DNA from: a virus
Lineage: Duplodnaviria > Heunggongvirae > Uroviricota > Caudoviricetes
Virus record (IMG/VR): IMGVR_UViG_2711768053_000017
Location: 1-12,136 of that record
DNA length: 12,136 nucleotides
Reading direction: 5' to 3' (one strand)
In this document: positions 6,703-12,136 of the stretch, piece after piece
How positions within the stretch are numbered: the stretch's first letter is position 1
Layout: every line of letters begins with the position of its first letter
Notes under the pieces: model-generated
Databases searched by the model: none
The model's input: the letters and a program-made list of their open reading frames with translations, nothing else
Told to the model about the DNA's origin: nothing
Position numbers and translations under genes: made by a program

Positions 6703-6748
6703 CCGGCCAGCGAAAATCGCTGGCCGGAGCAGTATCAGGATTTTTTTT
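6703..6748 (+). terminator. Candidate rho-independent terminator after the SPFH operon
   Basis: Perfect 10-bp stem CCGGCCAGCG / CGCTGGCCGG with a 5-nt loop (6703-6727), starting 7 nt after the stop codon, followed by a T8 run at 6741-6748. The T-run is 13 nt from the stem, which is non-canonical. Confidence 0.4.
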
Positions 6749-6775
6749 AGTATGCCGTTCTCACAAAAAAACCGC

Positions 6776-6886
6776 TTGCCATGCCGCAATCAGTCAGGTT
6801 ACATTTCCGCTGCACCTCATAAAACGGGTGCCGGGATTTCCACCCCGCTGACAACCAAAGCGCACAACCGCGCCAGCGGTTTTTTT
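6776..6886 (+). promoter_or_regulatory. Candidate promoter plus hairpin/T7 element: possible short transcript (about 75 nt) or attenuator-type leader
   Basis: TTGCCA (6776-6781), 18-nt spacer, TACATT (6800-6805); downstream a stem CCGCTG (6845-6850) / CAGCGG (6874-6879) enclosing an inner GCGC-N6-GCGC hairpin, followed directly by T7 (6880-6886). Confidence 0.25.
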
Positions 6887-7065
6887 GTGCGTACCGTATC
6901 GCCACGTCTTTTTCGCACACGAATTATGGTGGGGCGTATGGGGCCGACTTCGGTCGGGCCGGGTTCTTTGGTTGCCGGTTGTGGAAACCCTGTACGTCTC
7001 ACCACCCCGAGTTTTCCACCTCTGGATGGTGAGTTTTCAAAACTTACAACCAAAGAGGCCACACC

Positions 7066-7296
7066 ATGGCAAACCGCAAACAGCACCGCGCTATCGCGGA
7101 GCGTCGTCACATCCAGACTGAAATCGACCGCAGACTCACCCGCGCTGCACACATCGCCTTTATCATGCAATCCAACACATTGCACAGACTCAACAGCACT
7201 ATTTCAGCCGACTACTGCGCCGCTGTATTCAGCTATCTGGCGGAAGACCTCCTGTCTCTTCAGGACCTTATCCAGCAGCAAAACAAACTCCATTAA
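7066..7296 (+). CDS. Hypothetical small protein, 76 aa, basic N-terminus (MANRKQHRAIAERRHIQTEIDRR)
   Basis: AAAGAGG SD 7 nt upstream of the ATG; the sequence reads as a genuine protein, unlike the overlapping 206-aa ORF at 6752-7372. Confidence 0.55.
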   Translation: MANRKQHRAIAERRHIQTEIDRRLTRAAHIAFIMQSNTLHRLNSTISADYCAAVFSYLAEDLLSLQDLIQQQNKLH

Positions 7297-7368
7297 TTCC
7301 TGTTCCGGGCCTTTCCTGCACCTTGCGGCGGGAGGCCTTCGCACATCTGTAACAAGAGGATTGCCGCA

Positions 7369-7734
7369 ATGATTCTCGCCAACGACTTTCTTGAATACCT
7401 GCTCAATACAGAGCGTGATCTTGCCGTTCGCGTGCGTGACCGTTATGACATGTACCTGAAATCCCTGCCTGTACCGCAGCTCGCTGACGGAAAGATTGTT
7501 ATTGATGGTCGCTACATGATCGACAGCCATGAGGGAAATTACAGGCTTTACCGCATTGAAGGTGGCACCCCGTCCGTTATTGGCATTTACCAGCGCCCAT
7601 CCTCTGCAATCGTCGATGTGATTGCCGACAGCATCCGCATCACACATCGCCATGCCGACACAGAAGACACCGTGCTGGAAATTCAGCGTCTGGCTGCCGT
7701 TTGCCGTGACACCCTGAACGGTATGACGAAGTAA
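7369..7734 (+). CDS. Hypothetical protein, 121 aa, immediately upstream of gene A
   Basis: AAGAGGA SD 8 nt upstream of the ATG; its stop is 6 nt before the gene A start. No family recognised. Confidence 0.6.
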   Translation: MILANDFLEYLLNTERDLAVRVRDRYDMYLKSLPVPQLADGKIVIDGRYMIDSHEGNYRLYRIEGGTPSVIGIYQRPSSAIVDVIADSIRITHRHADTEDTVLEIQRLAAVCRDTLNGMTK

Positions 7735-7740
7735 ATCAGT

Positions 7741-10563
7741 ATGACGACAGAGTACATCAGGGACTGGCAACAACCACGCCACGCAGTAGGGCGTGAAGGT
7801 ACGGGGATCCCCGCACCTGAATCCGCGCTTTCCTCCTGGCTGGATGCCTACCGGGTAGAGAACGAGCGCCGCCAGGAAATGGCTGATGCGGCGTTCTCCG
7901 CCACGCCGCTGGGCAACCTGATTAATAAAAGCCTGGACGCACAGGAAAAACAGGACAAAACCATCACACTGGCAGGAGACGCCAGAAAACAGGCACGCGG
8001 CGCGCTGGATGAAGCCATGGCCTCGCTGCGCCTGCTGCCGTCCTATCTGCGCGATCCGCTTATTCGCCACCTCTCCTTCCTGCGCAAAAAACAGGAAGCC
8101 GATCGCCGGAAAGGCAAAAAGAGCTGGCAGGCGGAACGCTATGCACGCGGAACCCTGCGCAAAATATTCGAACGTCTGGATCGCACTGACGGACGCTGGC
8201 TGACACCGGGTTATCGCTCCCTTGCCGGACGCGAACGCCTGGACGATTTGCTGTACCTGCCGCAGCTCAACAAACACCAGATACAGACACTGGCCACCAT
8301 GACGGCGGCAATGTTCAGCAGCACCTTCGAGACACTCTGCGATGGCTTTGGCGCGACCGATGGTGAGCTGACCATGGAAGTGGCGCTGAAGACGTATCAG
8401 ATGCTGGCCCGAATGGCGTTACACCTGCACGCCATTCCGCCACATTATGACGCACTGACAACAGATAAAGACCGGAGGAACGAACCGGACACGGAGCTGC
8501 TGCCGGGCGCAATCCTTCGCCTGACCTGTGCGGAATGGTGGAAACGCAAACTGTGGCTGTTACGTTGCGAGTGGAGAGAAGAACAACTCCGCGCCGCCTG
8601 TCTGGTTTCCAGAAAAACATCACCCTATCTGAGCCAGGACGCGTTAAGCGAGTTTCGCGCACAGCGCGAGAAAACACGCGATTTTCTGAAAAGTTTCATG
8701 CTGGAAAACGAAGACGGGTTCACGATTGATCTCGAGACAGTGTATTACGCGGGAGTAAGTAACCCGGTTCACCGTAAGGCAGAAATGATGGCCACCATGA
8801 AGGGGCTGGAACTTCTGGCCGAAGCCCGTGGCGACAAAGCGGTGTTTCTGACTGTCACTACCCCTTCGAAGTACCACGCAACAACGGAGAACGGTCATCC
8901 GAACCCCAAATGGAACGGGGCCACCATGCGCGATTCCAGCGATTACCTGGTTAACACGTTTTTTAAGGCGGTCCGCAAAAAACTGAACCGCGACGGCCTG
9001 CGCTGGTATGGCATTCGCACGGTGGAGCCTCACCATGACGGCACCGTGCACTGGCACATGATGGTCTTTGCACATCCTGAAGAAATCGACAGCATCGTGG
9101 ACATCACCCGTGATATTGCCATTCGCGAAGACCGCCACGAGCTGGGCGATGACATAACTCCGCGTTTTAAGGCAGAGTACGTCGACGGTTCGAAAGGTAC
9201 GCCGACCAGCTACATCGCCACCTACATCGGAAAGAACCTGGACAGCCGCGCCGTGGATGGCATTGACCCGAAAACAGGCAAACCGCGCATCGACGACGAA
9301 TCAGGAAAGACGATGGCAGAAAGCGTGGAACGCGCCATCGGCTGGGCGCGCCTTCACCGGGTCCGCCAGTTCCAGTTCTTTGGCATCCCCTCCCGTCAGG
9401 TGTGGCGTGAACTGCGCCGCCTTGCCTGTCAGATGGCACGTAACCCACAGGGACCGCAACGTCTGGAAAATGACGCAATGGATGCGGTTCTTGCTGCCGC
9501 TGATGCCGGATGTTTTGCCACCTACATAGAGAAACAGGGCGGCGTGCTTGTTCCACGCAAAGACTACCTGATTCGCACCGCCTACGACCTCGCAGATGAG
9601 CTGAACGATTACGGCGAACAGAGCGTACAGATTTACGGGATCTGGTCACCACTCATCGGGGAATCCTCCCGTGTGTGCACGCATCCGGATAACTGGAAGC
9701 TGGTAAGACGCAAACCGGAAGCGGAAGACAGCGCCCGCGAAAATGGTTTTGACCTTCAGGGCGGCCCTGCCGCCCCTTGGACTCGTGGCAATAACTGTCC
9801 CCGTGTACAGGAAACGGACAACAACGGGACAGAACAGCCGGAAGAACGGCCAGCACCGTGGCCGCAGCTTCCTGACGGCGTTGATGTGGATGAATGGATG
9901 CGCTCACTGAAACGGCACGAACGCCGGGCGCTGATGCGTTCGCTTCGTGACAAACAGGCAAAAAACATCAGTGATGAAATGCAGAACTGGACACAGAGCC
10001 GCAAACAGCCACAGCCTTTGCCTGATAACCACGAGTTACTCGCTAAAGAATGGCGGGAGTCTGCTGAATCTCTCGGCCTGCATATCGGTGAACAGCAGAT
10101 GCAGCACCTGTTACGGGGCGGCAGTCTGTACGTTGACGGCAGCATCATTGCACCGCAGGGATTTGAAATTGTACGCAAACCGGATACCCGCCCGGACAGC
10201 CGAATCACGCAGCTCTGGCAACGCCTGAGCCGTAACCACGGCGTAAGCAGCACGGAGATCCGCCATAACCCGGTCGCCAGCTATCTGGAACAACTAGGGG
10301 CATCAGACCCCGAAGCCGCCGCACGCCTGGCATCCACACTTCAGCAGGACCAGAACACCATGAAAACCCCCGTTACCGTGCTTTCTGACATGCTGCGCGC
10401 CATCCGCGACGCAGAGCACGCACAGAGAATCAGTGAAACCACTGAACGCGCCCACCGCAAAGCAGACCTGCTGCGGGGTAGCCTGACCAGTGGAAACAAA
10501 AAACAGACAGAAACGGGATTCACAAATCCCGTAAATGAGCAAAAAACGTGCCATAAAACATGA
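7741..10563 (+). CDS. A: Rolling-circle replication initiator, P2 gpA family (HUH endonuclease), 940 aa
   Basis: HUH motif VEPHHDGTVHWHMMVF (H-W-H at 9049-9057) and twin catalytic tyrosines YIATYIGKN (Y codons at 9211 and 9223), as in P2 gpA (VEPHHDGTPHWHMM, YIAKYISKN). The start at 7741 has a weak SD and may be coupled to the upstream gene. Confidence 0.9.
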   Translation: MTTEYIRDWQQPRHAVGREGTGIPAPESALSSWLDAYRVENERRQEMADAAFSATPLGNLINKSLDAQEKQDKTITLAGDARKQARGALDEAMASLRLLPSYLRDPLIRHLSFLRKKQEADRRKGKKSWQAERYARGTLRKIFERLDRTDGRWLTPGYRSLAGRERLDDLLYLPQLNKHQIQTLATMTAAMFSSTFETLCDGFGATDGELTMEVALKTYQMLARMALHLHAIPPHYDALTTDKDRRNEPDTELLPGAILRLTCAEWWKRKLWLLRCEWREEQLRAACLVSRKTSPYLSQDALSEFRAQREKTRDFLKSFMLENEDGFTIDLETVYYAGVSNPVHRKAEMMATMKGLELLAEARGDKAVFLTVTTPSKYHATTENGHPNPKWNGATMRDSSDYLVNTFFKAVRKKLNRDGLRWYGIRTVEPHHDGTVHWHMMVFAHPEEIDSIVDITRDIAIREDRHELGDDITPRFKAEYVDGSKGTPTSYIATYIGKNLDSRAVDGIDPKTGKPRIDDESGKTMAESVERAIGWARLHRVRQFQFFGIPSRQVWRELRRLACQMARNPQGPQRLENDAMDAVLAAADAGCFATYIEKQGGVLVPRKDYLIRTAYDLADELNDYGEQSVQIYGIWSPLIGESSRVCTHPDNWKLVRRKPEAEDSARENGFDLQGGPAAPWTRGNNCPRVQETDNNGTEQPEERPAPWPQLPDGVDVDEWMRSLKRHERRALMRSLRDKQAKNISDEMQNWTQSRKQPQPLPDNHELLAKEWRESAESLGLHIGEQQMQHLLRGGSLYVDGSIIAPQGFEIVRKPDTRPDSRITQLWQRLSRNHGVSSTEIRHNPVASYLEQLGASDPEAAARLASTLQQDQNTMKTPVTVLSDMLRAIRDAEHAQRISETTERAHRKADLLRGSLTSGNKKQTETGFTNPVNEQKTCHKT
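10513..10532. promoter_or_regulatory. 20-bp palindrome ACGGGATT-CACA-AATCCCGT, copy 1, inside the last codons of gene A
   Basis: Perfect 8-bp inverted arms seen directly in the sequence; an identical-arm second copy lies 73 bp downstream. Confidence 0.5.
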
Positions 10564-10585
10564 AGTGCGCGCAAAACAGGCAAAA

Positions 10586-10605
10586 ACGGGATTTCAGAAT
10601 CCCGT
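10586..10605. promoter_or_regulatory. 20-bp palindrome ACGGGATT-TCAG-AATCCCGT, copy 2, 35 bp upstream of the parM-like start; candidate ParR operator / centromere-like site
   Basis: Identical 8-bp arms to copy 1 and similar flanks (aaACGGGATT....AATCCCGTaaa). Spacing of 73 bp is about 7 helical turns. A TAATTA -10-like hexamer (10613-10618) follows. Confidence 0.5.
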
Positions 10606-10639
10606 AAACGATTAATTAATCAACATAAGGAAAAGCGAC

Positions 10640-11599
10640 ATGAAAATTTGTATCGACGACGGCTCCACCAACATAAAGCTGGCATGGACTGAGAACGGCA
10701 AACGCCGCAACGCCATCAGCCCGAACAGCTTCAAGTCGGAATGGTCTGCGCCGTTCGGTGGCACGCAGCCCGCGAACTACATGCTTGATGGCGTGCGCTA
10801 TGGTTTTGATCCGGTCAGCGATCGCTTTGTCCAGACGACCGACACGCAATACCAGTACAGCGATGTGAATGTCATTGCCATTCATCATGCGCTGGTCAAA
10901 TCAGGCATCACGCCACAGGAGGTGGATGTGGTTGTCACCCTGCCACTGAGCGAGTATTTCGACACAAACGCACAGCCGGACATGGCCAACATCAACCGCA
11001 AAAAAGCGAACGTTATGCGCCCGGTGGAGTACCAGAACGGCGAGGCATTCACTATCCGTAACGTGCGGGTTATGCCTGAATCCATTCCGGCTGGCTTTAA
11101 AGCACTGGCTGACATGAGTCCGTTTGAATCCCTGCTGATTGTGGATTTGGGCGGAACCACGCTGGATGTGGCAAAGGTTCAGGGGCAACTGGCAGGTATC
11201 AGCCAGGTGTTTTGCGATCCACACGTAGGCGTTTCTCTGATGGCTGATGCCGTGCTGTCGGTGATGGCCACTAACGGTATGCGTACCAGTCACCACATCG
11301 CCAATACCATTATTGAGCACCGTCACGATGAAGCCTGGCTACGCCAGCACATTCACAATGACGCGCATTACAACAGCCTGATGGCGGTTATTCGTGAAAA
11401 GGAGGAGACACTGAAACAACGCGTGATCCGCGCGCTGGCGGGTTTTTCGGGTTACGGGCGGGTGATGGTTGTAGGTGGAGGAGCGGAGATTGTGGCACCC
11501 GCTATCCGCGAAGCCTGCGGAGTTAATGCGACTTTCATCGCGGACGGGGTGCCACAGTTTGCTCTGGTTAATGGGCTGTACGCAATGGATAAGGAGTAA
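10640..11599 (+). CDS. parM: ParM/StbA-family actin-like ATPase, 319 aa
   Basis: N-terminus MKICIDDGSTNIKLAW matches the ParM signature (R1 ParM MLVFIDDGSTNIKLQW). Further shared blocks: SPNSFK, YSDVNV..HHAL, TLPLSEYFD, NRKKAN, VMPESIPAGF, LLIVDLGGTTLDV, GVSL, VGGGAE, LVNGLY. Length matches ParM (about 320 aa). AAGGAAAAG SD upstream. Confidence 0.85.
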   Translation: MKICIDDGSTNIKLAWTENGKRRNAISPNSFKSEWSAPFGGTQPANYMLDGVRYGFDPVSDRFVQTTDTQYQYSDVNVIAIHHALVKSGITPQEVDVVVTLPLSEYFDTNAQPDMANINRKKANVMRPVEYQNGEAFTIRNVRVMPESIPAGFKALADMSPFESLLIVDLGGTTLDVAKVQGQLAGISQVFCDPHVGVSLMADAVLSVMATNGMRTSHHIANTIIEHRHDEAWLRQHIHNDAHYNSLMAVIREKEETLKQRVIRALAGFSGYGRVMVVGGGAEIVAPAIREACGVNATFIADGVPQFALVNGLYAMDKE

Positions 11600-11603
11600 A
11601 TCA

Positions 11604-11918
11604 ATGACGACACCAACCAGACGAATAAGTTTCTATCTGAAGCCCGCCGTCGTCAAGAGCGAACGGGAGGCGTGCAGTTACCTCGACAGCCTGCCAGCCT
11701 CCGAACGCAGCCGCGCACAACGCGCGGCTTTTCTGGCTGGACTGGCTCTTATAAAACGCGCCCCCGCGTTGGCGTATTCGCTGGCAGAATGGTCAGAAGA
11801 CGAAATACGAATGCCACCGCCACCAGTACAGCCTGAAAAACCGGCGCAACCAGCAGCAGACAGCGCCCCCCATATGCAGCAGGTGAAAAAGAATATTCAG
11901 GCGTTTTTCCCGAAGTGA
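11604..11918 (+). CDS. parR: ParR/StbB-like small DNA-binding protein (likely ribbon-helix-helix), 104 aa
   Basis: RRISFYLKPAVVKSEREACSYLDSLPASERSRAQRAAFLAGLALIKRAP parallels the R1 ParR N-terminus as recalled (RRTIAFKLNPDVNQTDKIVCDTLDSIPQGERSRLNRAALTAGLALYRQDP). AAGGAG SD 7 nt upstream, 4 nt after the parM stop. The ORF-track extension from 11475 overlaps parM in another frame and is rejected. Confidence 0.65.
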   Translation: MTTPTRRISFYLKPAVVKSEREACSYLDSLPASERSRAQRAAFLAGLALIKRAPALAYSLAEWSEDEIRMPPPPVQPEKPAQPAADSAPHMQQVKKNIQAFFPK

Positions 11919-11932
11919 AAACAGGAGTAACT

Positions 11933-12136
11933 ATGTCCACCATTACCAAAGAATGGTTACAACGTAAAATCACAGAGTTTAAATCGTGGCGCGAAGACAT
12001 CCCGTTCGGTCTTGATGAAGACGATCACAATATGTTAATCGCACTGGAAATTGCACTTGCATCACTGGAAGCAGAGCCAGTGGCATGGATGCACGCAAAT
12101 AATCCTATTGGAATACCGGCGATAACAAGAAGTAAA
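11933..12136 (+). CDS. Hypothetical protein, 5' part only (68 codons, runs off the window)
   Basis: CAGGAG SD 5 nt upstream of the ATG at 11933; open reading frame MSTITKEWLQRKITEFKSWREDIPFGLDEDDHNMLIALEIALASLEAEPVAWMHANNPIG continues to the window end. No confident family assignment. Confidence 0.45.
   Translation, partial: MSTITKEWLQRKITEFKSWREDIPFGLDEDDHNMLIALEIALASLEAEPVAWMHANNPIGIPAITRSK

Larger units (their letters stand above)
543..12136. mobile_element. P2-family temperate phage genome, int-proximal part (int, C, cox-like, early genes, gene A replication initiator, accessory modules); extends beyond the right edge of the window
   Basis: Gene order and orientation int(-) C(-) / cox(+) ... 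A(+) reproduce the P2 immunity-early region; the integrase, C repressor, Cox and gpA homologs were each recognised from sequence. Left boundary should be within 253-542. Confidence 0.8.

Noticed and set aside
6752-7372. 206-aa plus-strand ORF spanning the structured intergenic region
   Set aside because: Translation is S/T/P/R-rich low complexity and has no SD; it overlaps the better-supported 76-aa gene (7066-7296) in another frame. Treated as non-coding.
7204-8277. 357-aa minus-strand ORF
   Set aside because: Antisense to the 7369 gene and to the 5' part of gene A; a typical long spurious ORF in GC-rich coding DNA, with no SD and no recognisable motifs.
8315-10583. Multiple minus-strand and alternative-frame ORFs (60-165 aa) inside gene A
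   Set aside because: All lie within the well-supported gpA reading frame, are Arg/Cys/Ser-rich, and are explained as shadow ORFs.
11475-11603. N-terminal extension of the ParR-like ORF (147-aa version)
   Set aside because: It overlaps the 3' end of parM in another frame; the ATG at 11604 has a canonical SD and gives a ParR-sized protein.
1-12136. CRISPR array, retron or other repeat-based element
   Set aside because: No regularly spaced direct repeats and no reverse-transcriptase-like ORF. The only notable repeats are the two palindromes near 10513-10605 and the short operator repeats near 1911-1939.

Overview
This window looks like the left (int-proximal) end of a P2-family temperate phage, probably an integrated prophage, lying next to a host MazE/ChpS-type antitoxin gene. 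Reading left to right: chpS-like antitoxin (minus strand, ends at the window edge); an about 290 bp junction that should hold attL; a P2-type integrase and C-type immunity repressor (both minus); a face-to-face early promoter/operator region; then a rightward early operon of cox-like gene, accessory genes, and a large gpA-type rolling-circle replication initiator with HUH and Y-x-x-x-Y motifs. Three accessory modules interrupt or extend this P2-like backbone and are the main items of interest: (1) an AT-rich convergent two-gene cassette of unknown function at 2543-3569; (2) a translationally coupled four-gene operon at 5248-6696 ending in an SPFH/band-7 (HflC-like) inner-membrane lipoprotein with a small 2-TM partner, preceded by a G9 homopolymer; (3) a ParM/StbA actin-like ATPase plus ParR/StbB-like gene immediately downstream of gene A, preceded by two identical 20-bp palindromes. 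A 370-bp structured non-coding stretch (6697-7065) may encode a leader or small RNA. I saw no rRNA, tRNA or CRISPR array. All protein identifications are by eye from recalled family signatures; no database search was run and all coordinates were hand-counted.
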